A stretch of 63,677 nucleotides of DNA, counting the filler, from Hausera hauseri (taxonomy: Eukaryota): NCBI GenBank assembly GCA_046269625.1. It is 11 parts of 11 records of this genome, joined end to end, with 100 filler letters (N's around TTAATTAATTAA, not from the genome) between each part and the next. Parts side by side here need not be neighbours in the genome. Positions count along the whole stretch, not along the records: positions 1 to 8,069 come from JBJURY010794312.1; positions 8,170 to 12,701 come from JBJURY010539009.1; 9 more parts are not named here. One strand, written 5' to 3'. A program made the position numbers and the translations under genes. The number at the start of each line of letters is the position of its first letter. Position 1 is the stretch's first letter. Positions 1 to 12,701 of this stretch are shown in pieces. The notes beneath the pieces are model-generated. The model was not told the DNA's origin. It saw nothing but the letters and a program-made list of their open reading frames with translations, and searched no databases.

Positions 1-42
1 GGAGGCGCGGATTTTCCAACCCTACTCAAGCTGGGCGATGAT

Positions 43-1043
43 GTGGACGGCGTGGATACGTCCGCGGCCAACATGGAGACTTACGCTACAATTGACATTT
101 TCGCGGACCAATTGTTGCCCAACAAATTCAGGAAAGGCGATGACATGGAGAAGTTCATTAAAGGATTTAAAATTTTTTTTAAATATATGAGCACCCCGGC
201 AACGAAGCGGGAAATCATGGTTGATTGTCTCTTGGAGGAAGAAGCACAAGAAATATACGAGGCAGTAGGCACGAAGATAACTGGATACCAAAACCGACTA
301 CGGAAGGCTTTCGCCCGATCCGCAACGCTATGTGAAGATCTAAAAGAAGTGCTCGAGTACAGATTGAATGGAGCGGAACCGGAGGCTTACTTTAAGACAA
401 TCGAGAAACTTCTGGATAAAATCATAAAACACAATTTTTCACGCGAGGCTCTAAAAGAGGAACTATTGTTCCAATGTTGTAACAATAGAGAGATGAGAAG
501 AGAACTATGCCTCAGTGACAAACGCGACGCGGAAACAATAAAGGAGAAAATACGGAAGTTACACGAGGTTAAAATTAAGACGGAAGAAATCAAAACGGTC
601 AAGGAATATCCAGGGACCGGTAGAAGAAGCTACCAGGAAGTAGCAGCACAAGATATCAGGAAACCAGTTCCTACAATCAACATGACGCCAATTAGACCAC
701 TAAATAGTAAATTAAAGTGTTGGATATGTCAGAAGGAAGATTATACGAGCAGAACTTGCACCACATGAAGAACAATTAAATGCTTTGGATGCGGATAAGA
801 AGGACAGATAAGCAGATAGTATCCCGAAAAAAACCAACAAGATGCTACGGATGTGGTCAGCTAGGGCACATCAGACGAAATTGTACAAACCTTAGCTGTA
901 CGAGATATCACAATAGGGGATATACCGAAAAGGAATGCTACACCAGGCTGGAGAGGAAAAGAGAAGCAGGATGGGATACATACAAAGCGAAAAGAAGGTT
1001 CGGGGGTAATCTGTTCAGAAGACGGGGGAAGTCGCAAACGTAG
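43..1043 (+). pseudogene. gag: Gypsy gag (capsid plus several CCHC zinc knuckles), broken by stop and frameshift
   Basis: ORF 43-768 ends in CWICQKEDYTSRTC; ORF 780-1043 contains CYGCGQLGHIRRNC and CTRYHNRGYTEKEC. Confidence 0.85.
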
Positions 1044-1399
1044 AGGAAGAAGAAACAGAATCGAAAAAGAGTCAGTTGCCCAAAAAAGCAGAGCTTCGAT
1101 AGAAGTGGAGCAAATCGGTGCACTACAATCGATTCAATCTCCCAAAATATCGTTATGTATAATATTAATAGTATATAAAACAGCATAGACGGATCAAGAA
1201 GGAGACATGGAGATATGGTGATGGATAAAAGGACACAGAAAAAAGTACGGAAATTTATGAAAACGGAAAATTTCCAGGAAGTATCCTTCAAGGGAATGGA
1301 GGAAAGTGGGAACGGTGTGCAGATATTCACGTTAGAAGAATTGTATGGCAAACAGATATTATACAGGAAGTTTAATGGACGACCAGAAATCATATTAAA

Positions 1400-3645
1400 G
1401 ATACAAGACAGATGAGAAAATTGCTTATTGGGCACGGAAGCCAGGGTAAACTTTATAAGCAAGAAGACCGTGGATAAACTTGCAAACATACACAGAGAAA
1501 TCAGATACCACACTACGATGTGCCGATAATAGCCCCTTCGATTGTCTTGGCACACTGACAACAGACGTAGAAATCAAGAGTTTAAGGAGTAACATTCCTG
1601 GTAGTGTCGGAATTGCGCCCAGAAATAATAGGTGGCATGGACCTGCAAAAGGCATTGGAAATAGAATTGTGATGGAAACGCATGGAAACAGAAACATTAC
1701 AGCAAAATACATGCAACCTGGAAGCGAAGTTCGGCCGAAAGGTGACTAACCAAGAACAAGTCAACAGGGAGAAGGAAGCTCTTCAGGTGAGTAACAACAA
1801 AGAGCTACTCAACATTATACAGAAATACCCAGAGGTATTCATAGCCGACAAGTGAAACATAGGGTGCACATCTGTCATCAAACACCGAATAGAAACGACA
1901 GGAGCGTTGATTAATATCAAACCTCACAGACAACCAGTAAACCTAGAAAAAAAGATCGACGAGACCATCCGAAACCTATGGGAAAACGACATTATCAAGC
2001 CATATAACTCGGCATGGAATACACAAATGATATGCGTATGGAAGAAAAACAAGAACGATGTCAGAATACGCTGGACTCCAAACAGCTGAATCTTGTAATT
2101 GAACGGCAGGCCTTCCTCATACCTAACGTGGTAGAGATATTGGACAGGTTATACTGGACCAAGTTTTTCACGTCAATCGACCTAAAGAATGCATACTACC
2201 AAGTCGAGTTAGAGGAAGACTCCAAATTGAAGATGGCGTTTTCAACCAAATTAGGATAGGTCTGTTTCAACAGGATGCCATTCGGTATAGCAGCATCCCG
2301 GGGAACCTTTCAAGAACTAATGAATAAAGTACTAGGGGGCATTAAACAAACAGTGGAATACCTGGATGATATGCAAATCTTATCTAAGACTGTAGAAGAG
2401 CATTATAGGATACTAGAACATGTATTTTAGCGGATCAGAGAAGCATGTCTCAGAGTAAATCCACAGAAATGTCACATCTTCAAGAATGAAATAAAATTTT
2501 TCGGCATATAGTGAATGACAAGGGGATACAGACAGAGTCCTAAAAATTGGAGGCAATTAAGTCCTTTGAGAAACCAAAATGTGTCAAGAATTTGAGAAGG
2601 TTCTTAGGGATCTGCAACTATTACAGAAGATTTATCCAAGGTTACGCAGCAAAGGCCAAGACATTGGAAAAACTATGCAAATTGAATAACAAGAAATGAA
2701 TATGGACCGAGCAATGTAACGAGGCTTTCGAGTCGATGAAAAGAGCCTTATGCACACCGCGAATACTAGGTTTCTCTGACTTCAACAAAGAATTTATCCT
2801 CGATACGGACGCAAGCTTCGACACAATTGGATCAATACTGTCACAGAAGGATAGTTTGGGGCGCGAGAGAGTGATTGCGTACTGATCACACACAATGAAC
2901 CACCATAAAAAAGGATATTGTATATCTCGGAAGAAGCTACTGGCCATGTATTATTTCTGTTAACATTTCAACAATTACTTATGCGGGAAACTGTTCACAT
3001 TAAGAACGGACCAGAAGACAATAATGTTCATGGTAAAGACAAAAAAAACCGATAACAGACTAATTTCAGACGTGGATCAACTATTTATCCAGTCTAGACA
3101 TCAACCTGGTGTACAGAAAAGGCACAGATCATGCGAACGCAGATATGCTATCCCGCACGAGTTGCGAAACATGCAGCCAATGTCTACAACAACGCGACGA
3201 CGCCACAATGCAGACAAGCAGGACTCGGAGAATAAACGGCGTAGAAAGAAACAAAATACACCAATACCTGAAGGACAGCAAAAAAATCGAAGAAATAAAA
3301 GAAAGCATTGCCCGACGAAACAAAGAAAATTTATACTAGAAGATAAAATAATAAAAACACGAACAGGTAAGATTTGGATACCAACGAACACACGAGTAGA
3401 AATGATAACGCATAACAATGTCATGCTGTCCCACGCAGGATCAGAAAAGGTAATAAAATATACTGACAGTAAATATGACATGAACAACCTACGAAAAGCG
3501 GTCCAGACAGTAATTCGACATTTCAAAGCCTGTCAGCGAAGCAAAACCTTGACAACGAGAACAAAGAAAAAAACAGTGAACCTCTCAGCAAACGAGCCAT
3601 TCGAGAAAGTATACATAAATATCTGTGGACCAATGAAGGAGACGT
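1400..3645 (+). pseudogene. pol: Gypsy pol (PR-RT-RNase H-IN N-terminus)
   Basis: YLDD, DTDAS and SHAGSEK...ACQRSK motifs spread over several frames. Confidence 0.9.
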
Positions 3646-4059
3646 CAGTATTGAGGAAATTGGAAGTAGACATAAGGTCGATTTGTATTATTTTTTGGTA
3701 GAAAATTTAGCTTGTCAATGACAAAACCTGTAGGTTCAACTGTGATGAGAGTTACAAACGATGCAATATTTAACAAGAAAACTACTAAAGAAGCTATAAC
3801 AGAAAATATGTTATGTACAGGTCCAAAATTAAGAGTTATACTATTGACACAATAAACGAGATTTTTGGAAAAACTCAAGGCGATGGAGACCGCTTACGTA
3901 TATGACATATAAAAGGAAAAAGGAAGTAAACAAAGAAGGTTAAATCAAGCCAGAAATGGAATTCCTGCGATAAAAAATTTAAAGCATTAAAAATGCCAAG
4001 CTCTAGTAAACATAAATTTAAAACTATAAAAAATGCAGTATAGTTAGTATTTTTGATGA

Positions 4060-4690
4060 AAAATTACTTTTTGTGCTAAATCCGAATTGTGTATTTTTCG
4101 CCGTGCAGTTCCACAAGTGGATATTGATGCTTCAGCTTTTGAAACAATTTATAAGAAAAATCTAATTTCTAATACGAATGTTATTGTATTCCAAATAAAT
4201 GGATCAGAAAGTAAATACTTAGATTTAAATGATACGTTACTCTGTGTAAAGATTAAAGTTAATAAAGAAGATGGTTCTAATATTTCTGCAGATACAGGAG
4301 TAAATCTGAGCAACTATTAGTTACACACATTGTTCTGGGAAGCAATTTTATCGTTAAATAATGTGCAGATTGAAGATTCAAACGATAAATATATTGTAAA
4401 GGCACTGATAGAAAATGTTTTAAATTTTAGTGCTGATACAGAAAAATATATTTGCAAAGAATCGGAGTTGGTACAGAAGATGGCAGAAATGATTGGACTA
4501 AAACTTCAAAAATGATATCGCATTGTGGTCCACTGAATTTTGATTTTTCAATCAGCCGAAGTATTTTATTCCTGGAATTAATGCTAACATAAAATTAATA
4601 AGAAATTCCAGTGATATAATCCTAAAATATAAGGCACCAGCGGATGCTAAATTCAAAATTACGCCTGTAGTGATTTTATCGGAATTGTTT
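4060..4690 (+). pseudogene. Polinton/Maverick major capsid protein, N-terminal part
   Basis: KSELCIF..QVDI..IVFQINGSESKYLDLNDTLLCVKIKVNKEDGSNI..NY*LHTLF..LSLNNVQI..Y.VKALIENVLNF and later QPKYFIPGI match the conserved Polinton MCP pattern (KSELDLF..IEF.I.G....Y.DL....L..LHSLF..Y.Y.A.IE.LLN). Confidence 0.82.
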
Positions 4691-4799
4691 TCATGGAAAA
4701 TCACAAACTGGACATACACGTTTCTTCTCTGCTCCGTGAATGTCATGGACGGTAATGTTCAGATATACTGGAGTCAAATTACAGATACGCAATGACTAC

Positions 4800-6065
4800 G
4801 ATATGATATTGAAGCTTGAAAGGGGGATTCGTGGAGAAATTTGACAGGTAGTCCATCGACATGCAGAAGCAAATAATAATTACATGTCAAATTATGATGA
4901 AACAAAATTATCATCTTTCATCGCATATCTGGACGACAACAATTTTGTCTTAGCCTTTCATACGATGAATTTAAATGGGTAGAATACCCTGATAGCGCAA
5001 ATATCATGGGCATTACCGATGATGCTAAAACGGGATTTATTTTTGTGACAGATATTCACTACGACTGACTTCAACATATGAAACATGATCAGTTGCCTCT
5101 TCTACCAAATTAAAAATACCGCCTGGAGGAAAGTTCAGAAAAATATTAACCCGTTTGGGTGATAGGGAACAATACGTAGTGCATTACTTCAATTTGCAGC
5201 AGGTTATCCGAAATAATTTCATTGTCATCAAAGTGCATAGAGTTTTGCAGTTCAGCCAATCCAAATGGCTTCAACCATTTATTCAATTCAATACAAATCT
5301 TCAAATAAATACAAAAAACAATTTTGGAAAGGATCAATTCAAATTGTACTACAACTCAGTTTTTGGAAAACTGTAGCGAATATAAGAAACAGGCTGTCAA
5401 CTGAGTTCGTGAACGAAAAGCAAGATCAAGACAGATAATTGAAAAGCCAAATTTCTTACAGAGCATTCTCTATCCTGAAAATTTTGCTAGTATTAGAATG
5501 TATAAAACGATTCTGAATTTCAACAAGACGATTTGTGTTGGAATGTCGATACTCGATTTGTCAAAAGCACTCATGTACGACTTCCACTATAATGTCATGA
5601 AACCAAACTTTCCATACGTTCAATTAATGTATATGGATTCATTCATGTATCATATGCAATAATTTTTTGCTGTTTGGTATATTTTTCTATACATCAGATT
5701 ATCCAAAAAATCATAGGAACTTTTCATTGTCAAATACAAAAGTTTTGGTGAAATTTAAGGATGAAGAAATAGCAAAATTGTTACTGCTTATGTTGGACTT
5801 GGACCGAAAATGTACGCAAATAATGTGGATGGACAAATTAAGAAAAGCACCAATAGTATTCAGAAAGCTACACTTGAGAAACATATCATGTTTAAAGATC
5901 AATCAATCAACTCTATTATCAGATATTCAGCGAATTTTATCACATTATCATGTCGTGACGACAAATGCACTACGAAAGAAAAATTTGAACCTCTTCGATA
6001 AAAAACGATTTATTATAGCAGATGGGATATCAACATTGTCTCATGGACACTTTTACTTTATGTAG
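4800..6065 (+). pseudogene. Polinton protein-primed DNA polymerase B, palm/thumb region
   Basis: ERGIRG..RHAEANNNYM..YLDDNN, KVHRVLQFSQSKWLQPFI.FNT, FKLYYNSVFGK, GMSILDLSKALMYDFHY, TSDYP, KFKDE, DKKRFI..TLSHGH. Confidence 0.92.
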
Positions 6066-8069
6066 TTTAAGAAAATTTTGCATGTGGTGTTTAATTTTTT
6101 TAAGTTATTTTTGAATTTAAAAATTTTATATTGTTACTTTGTAAAGAAAAGACAAAATAGTATTTTATACATTTTTATTTTTTTAATAAAAAACACAACA
6201 CCAAATCCAAGTACAACTTAAAATAAATTTCCTATCACTGTTTTCCGTCTTTGTTCTTCTACAAAAATACTTTTATATGCCTCGTTAATCATAATGCATC
6301 GACATATGAATTCTGCATTTTGATGAAATGCGCACGGTACATTTCATATTAGTAAAATCTTTTATCACCTATAACTCCATTTACAGAAATATCTGCGAGT
6401 TTCAAATACTTTTTTTCAAACTATTCTTCACGTTTTGACTGGAACTCATTATCCGGCAATTATCTTCCAATTTTGAGTATTCTGGAATTTACTAGTATGT
6501 TGGTTAGGGTTTTCTGGTACATAATCAAAATCACTCTAAAACCAATTATAAGGTGATTAAAAATAAACTGTAAGAATTACCTTTATTTCATCAGCAGACA
6601 ATAAAGTACAACAAGAAGATTCTTTCATCTTTTGATTATTGAGTTGAATATTCTTACCTTTTGTTTATACGCATTGTACACATCTACCAATTTTGTAATA
6701 AACTTTATCTTAAATGACTTTGTGACAAATTGCGATTCGACTAACCGGGGGAAAACAAATAAGTATCAATTCCGATTCACCCGATCGTCAATTTGACTTT
6801 TGTTTTAACACCAATTTAATTAAAGGGGATGGTGTGGTAAGGATTGCGCCAAAACTCTCAGTTTTTCAACTTTTATTAATTCCATGGATCATTTCTTGAA
6901 GATTACAAGATATTGACGCTCTACATATAAACTTAGTGAACGAAATCCAACATAAATTCTGCGACACGAAATTTTCAGGATACTTTTCACTCGACATTCG
7001 ATTTGATCCTGAAACTCAGTCAATCTAAAGAGTTGACTACCGATTGATCTTAAGTATAAGAAGCAGAATTATTTACACGTAATCAGCATAACAAAATTAC
7101 GCGACTGAACTTCTAATTAGCACTGCAAATAAACGCCGTGAATTCGGTCGGTAAGATTATTATCTTTTACTTCTAAAACTGGAATTTGCATTTTGTGTAT
7201 TGATCATGTAAATAATATTACTGAATAAATTACATAATTCCTATCTTCCTTAAGGAGAAATAGTTAAAGATAATATGCCGCTGGATTTGTGTAAGTTTGT
7301 AATACTAATAAATGTTTAAAACTAGAAATTTGTCAAATATCTATAAAAAGTATTTAAACTAAACTTGTTGAACGTGTGAGATCAGCACTCAAGGACTACT
7401 CGATGGTTTGAAGAGCACAATGATTTTCGTCTACGATTCAGCTACACTATGACATGATTCAAGCCCAGGCAACCACGGAAGCTGTCAAACCGGCACAGAA
7501 CCCACAAAATCGATTTCTTTTTAAGGGATGGTAACTTTCAATGAAATAGAATATTATTTGGTTCGTATTTAGCATCTAATGTGTGGTCGAAATTTTCTGC
7601 GAAACTGGACAATGTCTTACCCAGTGGTTAGCTCTAAAAGATAATGAACAATAAAATTAATAACATGACTATACATCGTTGCATTTTTTTCAGGTTATTT
7701 TTCACTAAAATTGTCAAATTATGTAAAAAAATATGAAAAGCTGTAATTTCATTATTTTCTGCCCAAATGTCATGCAAACTGATTATGTTGTGTAGAATTG
7801 CATATACTTCAATAATATACAGTCTAAAATGTTCATTCTTACCACACTTATTTTTTTCTTCCATGTGACCATGATGTCTTGCTATTTTTTTTGCATTTTA
7901 AAACTATTTTCCTCTGATTTTCATTGCCTTATTTTTATCAAAGGCACCAATCATAATTTCTGATTACTCAGACATAAACTGAATTCAATTTCAAACACAA
8001 TGATGTGCATTAAAAATGCAGAGTAAGAGGGTCCTTCAAAAATGACATATATCATTTTCTCATGAAAGA

Positions 8070-8169
8070 NNNNNNNNNNNNNNNNNNNNNNNNNNNNNNN
8101 NNNNNNNNNNNNNTTAATTAATTAANNNNNNNNNNNNNNNNNNNNNNNNNNNNNNNNNNNNNNNNNNNN
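8070..8169. other. Artificial contig linker (44N-TTAATTAATTAA-44N); identical linkers at 12702-12801, 16969-17068, 23236-23335, 27285-27384, 33928-34027, 44063-44162, 49473-49572, 54475-54574, 59268-59367
   Basis: Same 100-nt structure ten times; the core gives stops in all six frames. Confidence 0.98.
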
Positions 8170-10120
8170 CAGTTCATCCTCACAATGATGGACCGTTCCT
8201 CGCGATGGCCAGAGGCTGTCCCGCTTCGGAGCACCAACACAGAAACAATCGCAGACGTTTTCATCCGCACTTGGATCAGCAGGTTTGGATTACCCCGCCA
8301 CATCATTTCGGACCAAGGTCCACAGTTCAAATCCAACCTGTTTAAAGTCCTTGCCAATCGATTGAGAATTAACCACATTAACAATTCACCATATCATCCC
8401 CAATCGAACGGCCTTATTAAACGCTTTTACCGAACAATAAAAGCGTCTTTTAAAATTCTTGTTGAATCTATTCGCAGTTAAACCACACTCCTTTCGTACG
8501 TTCTGCTTGGCTGGCGGAACACACCATCTACTTCTACAGGCTGTTCACCTGCAGAAGCATTATTTGTCACTTCCATCAGATCACTATTTGAGCTGAATGA
8601 GCTGGGCAATACTCATACACACGAAACCATACAATCGGCAGAGAAACACTTCGTTGAGATCAGCAAAGACTCATTTTGCAGATTGTTACACACAAATGAA
8701 CCCTACATACCGACGATTTATATACTGCCAAGTTATTTTGGTTAAAGAATCAGACTCCATGTGATTTTCAACCTCAATATGTCGGCCGTTACAAAGTAAT
8801 TCGCTTACATTCCCACAAAATCATCATTTTCAAAGACGACAAAGAAGTAACCGTTCACATCTATAATGCTAAACTGGCTTTTTTCATTGACGATACGTCT
8901 CCCATCGAAGTTACTTCTCCACCAAAATCTTTATACCACGCGCAGCAATCCAACAATTCACCTTCCATCTCTGATCAATGTCGTAATCCACTTGCCCCTA
9001 CGTTTTCTCCAAAAACTTCCACTTCAATCTCTTCTCACAATTTAGCCTCTCTCTCCCCATCCGATTTTGCACATTCAAGCCTTCCACCACTTCCTTTATC
9101 CCCTAATAACAACTTGCTTTCTCCTTTTACAGCACTTCCTCCATCAAACACCATTTCGACTTTACCAATCTCTCCATCTACACCTTTCATCATTCCAACC
9201 TCGTGCACACCACCTTTCAACGACCTTCCTTTGCTTCCTCCATCTTCTCGCTCTCTTTCGCCTCGTATCGCTTCACCATTTTCTCTCTCTCTTTCTTCTT
9301 CCACACCTTCCTCATCTTCGGCGTTTTCTTCCATCTTTCTCCCCACACATCAATTTTACTCCTTTCACTTCCGCTTCACAACTTCCTCCTCTCTTTACCT
9401 ATTACTTTATCCCTTTTTCTCTCTCTACTACTACTTCTGTTTCATCTTCCACTTCCACTCTCTCACATAATTCAATTCCAACTTCTACTCCAACTTCTTT
9501 CTCTCTTCCTTTATCCGCAACTACACCTTTAATAATTCCTTCGTTTTCAACAATCTCTCTTCATCCTTCACCTTCTTCTTCTCTTCTTTCTGACTCGTCT
9601 TGGCATCACACAACACTAACAATAAAATCTGACCATTTTATCCCAACCTCAAACTTTGCAAATAAACACACAACACAAAGACAAAACACGCAGAGTCATA
9701 TTCAGCAAATATAGCAGGGAAAATCGTTAGAAGGCACCCAACGTCTCGTCCACACTAAGACCGACTGACACAGACACTTTTTCGTTTTGCGGTTTTTTCT
9801 CTTTCTTTTTTACTCTTTATAGTTTTTACTTTGCCACGGGGGGTGATGTGGTGCCCACAGCGGCCGGCACACTCTGGCCCATTTCGTTTGACACGGCCAG
9901 GCGTCCGTTGCCGCCGCGACAGCCTCATAGGCGGGTCCCAATTTCCCGCTTTGAGGATCGTGTCATTAGCCTGAAAATATTAACAATGATCCATGAATAG
10001 CCACGGCGTCGAGCTTATCAAAAACAAAAAACATATTCTGCCTTAATCTTATTGGTTTATTCTGGAATATTATTGTTAATTCTTTCTCATTCGAAAATTC
10101 TACGTTGAACGACTCTCACA
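8170..10120 (+). mobile_element. 3' part of a Gypsy element (integrase core, Ser/Pro-rich tail, PPT, 3' LTR); same family as 27895-33220
   Basis: DRSSRWPEAVPL..FGLPRHIISDQGPQF..PYHPQSNG; closely similar to ORF 29349-30083; PPT GGGGGGTGA at 9838-9846. Confidence 0.9.
9847..10120 (+). repeat. Probable 3' LTR (274 bp, TGTG...CACA)
   Basis: Starts TGTGGTGCCCAC immediately after the polypurine tract; ends GACTCTCACA exactly where GPCR coding sequence begins. No second LTR is available for confirmation. Confidence 0.65.
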
Positions 10121-10519
10121 ACGGTTATCATAGTTACTTTGTTCATTTCAGTTATTGGAATTCCAGCAAATATTATTTCGATTGTAATTATTCGGAAAAA
10201 ATCAGCAGAAGGAACTTTACGATTGTTGTTAATATGCTTAGCCGTTGAAGATTTACTTCTGTTAATAACGTACGTTTTCTTTTACATCATTCCAACGTTA
10301 TTTGGTCAAGAAAAACCTTTTTTTGTCAAGATGTATGTACCTTTTGCCGATAATTTTATATTTAACATAAATTGGATAAAAACGTCTGAGACCTATACAG
10401 TCATACTTACAACGCTGGAAAGATACATAGCCATTAAACATCCCTTTCGAACGCCAATTATCTGTGGCCTAAAAAGAATTATTCTATCACTCGTGATGAT
10501 TTTATCGTTTCTGGATTAA
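10121..10519 (+). pseudogene. Rhodopsin-class (peptide receptor-like) GPCR fragment, TM1-TM4
   Basis: VIGIPANIISIVII (TM1 GxxxN), LICLAVEDLLLL (TM2 LAxxD), TLERYIAIKHPF (ERY..I.HP); truncated in TM4. Confidence 0.85.
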
Positions 10520-10543
10520 TGAATTTGTCGCCGGTGATAATAG

Positions 10544-10830
10544 ATGCCCAAACCAATGAATTTAGAACCTCAGTCAAAAAAATCAATCAAATCAAAAAGC
10601 CATACTAGCCCACTAAAAGACGAATTGAATGATGATAGTCTGCGTTTCAACAGTTCTAGCGACATAATCGTACCCGATGAATTTCACGTTGTAGTCTATC
10701 ACAAACAGTCAAAAGTCGCATACAAATGTTCCATCTGTGAATATGAATCAAGTTTTACGAAAATAGTAAAGGTCATATTGTACGCAAACATCTAGAAATT
10801 CCAGCTAATACATGCAGTGGTTCCTTTTTC
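10544..10830 (+). pseudogene. C2H2 zinc-finger gene fragment
   Basis: YKCSICEYESSF.. continues by frameshift into KGHIVRKHL. Confidence 0.5.
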
Positions 10831-12009
10831 TGGGAAATGGCGGACTAGACATGTTAATTTCAGTATTAACATATGATTCATCTCCTGAAACATTTACGTG
10901 ATGAGGATGATGACCACTTTGCAAGCCTTTATTAATTAAATGTTCTAGTAATGCTTTCTTACTAGTGTTACCATNNNNNNNNNNAATACCTGTAGATTTA
11001 CAATTCCTTGAAAATTATGAGAATTTCGTTGACAATTCTCCAAAGAACTTTCGTCTAAACTATAAAAACCGCGATTTTCGCACGAGTTGACATTAGGCAT
11101 GGAACAAGCAAAATTTTGTTCACTCAATAACATTCTGGCCAAATGGAAAATATGGTTCAAGATCAGAATGACGAAATCCTAAAGTCTGTAAATTTAATCT
11201 GTCGTTGTGTGGATAATATTTGACAGTGTTAAATCGGTCTGTGTAAAATTGTAAAAAATTTTTTCGTTTTAATACACAATAAATATTTACAACCGTGAAT
11301 GAAAATTTCGAGTTGTTAGCAATTTTTGCATTTTGGATTTGGATTCTGAACCTTGTTGATTTGACTTTGATTTCTGCAGTTTGTCATTTCATTTCATCAA
11401 TCATTGTCAATTTGTGGATATTATTTGTTATAATCTCATAACCGATTGCATTTATACATGTTTATGGTCATGAATGTATATCCTGTTTACTATATCTGCA
11501 TCAAATTTTGACTATAATCATTCATGGGATACGTGATTATTATCCAATTCATATTCACGATATTTGTGCACCTTCCTAGTTACTTCCGTGTCGTCGGTTT
11601 CTACATCTTCACCAGAAAACTGGTAATCACGAGTTTCACGTCGCTTTCGCCATCTGTCTGTATTATCCGGACCAGAATTGTTCATATTTGTATTTTACGA
11701 ACCAAATTTATACGAATTGTAAACTTTTTCCGACGATAAATTTTCTTTAACAAATGGAACATTTGATTCCTTTTTTTAAATCATTGGGGCCGTAAAAATC
11801 TATAGATAATATTGAGAGTATTTAGTTTATGTTTAAACGTTTGTTCAATTCGTTTGTCAATGGCCGTGAATTTTGCTCATGTTGCTAGTACTGACTTTAT
11901 TTTCGCTATCTGGAGTGGGACAATAATCTGATTGGTTTATTTGAGTTACTCTTGCACTGGCTGCAGCTGGATTGTGGTTGCGCTCGTGCTTGCGGCATCA
12001 ATCGTGGTG

Positions 12010-12701
12010 TGTGGAAGAACCGAAATTGAAATTCTATGCAACTCTGGAGCTTCAGTTTCGGTTATGAGTGCAGAATGTTGGAGAAAGATGAGACAGCCAA
12101 CCATTTTAGCATCGGATGTTTGTTTAGTTGGAGTTTTTTCGCCAACTAATAAAAGTTGCATGTGAAAATGTAAAGTGCGTGCAAAATGGGGAGTTAAAGA
12201 TGTGGTACTAACTACTGTCGTGATGAAAAAGCAATTGTCTACTTTTATTGGACAAATCGACACAATAGAGAAGTTTGGAGCAGGGTTAGTAAAGGTTGCC
12301 GTATTGGACTAACGAAAGACGGCACAAGATGTGACGACAGAGAAGCGGACACAGTTGGCATTGGAAGTTTTCGCAGCACACCCTTCGATCAAAAAAATGA
12401 TTCAAAATAATGGTGTATTTTTGTGGCTACAGCTTTTGACATAACCCATACATACTATAGGGGACCCAATTGCGCCGCCTCCCAGAAGACTTCCGATTCA
12501 CTTGAAGTTAGAGGTTGAAAGACTGATCGACCGATTGCTAAATAGCGGAATTATCAGGACATGCCAAAGCCCTTGAAATACACCACTGGTGGTAATACCT
12601 AAAAAAGACGGGTTTATTCGCATGTGCATGGACTTTAGGAAGTTGAACGCAGTTACGGAGAAGTTCACGTTTCTAGTTCCGAATATTTATGGACTCTTGG
12701 A
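12010..12701 (+). pseudogene. pol: Gypsy pol fragment (protease and RT N-terminus)
   Basis: ILCNSGASVSVM (decayed D[ST]GA); PPRRLPIHL..GIIRTCQSP*NTPLVVIPKKDGFIRMCMDFRKLNAVT. Confidence 0.85.

Larger units (their letters stand above)
43..3645 (+). mobile_element. Degenerate Ty3/Gypsy LTR retrotransposon internal region (gag-PR-RT-RH-partial IN), 3' truncated
   Basis: Domain order gag with Zn knuckles, protease-like LLGTEARVNFI (~1425), RT (WNTQMICVWKK, SIDLKNAYYQV, MPFGI, EYLDDM ~2356-2373), RNase H (LDTDASFDTIG ~2800, HANADMLSR), integrase H-H-C-C start and PFEKVYINICGP. Many stops and frameshifts. Confidence 0.92.

Noticed and set aside
8114-8125. TTAATTAATTAA as a biological motif, and ORFs running into N runs
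   Set aside because: Artificial six-frame-stop linker
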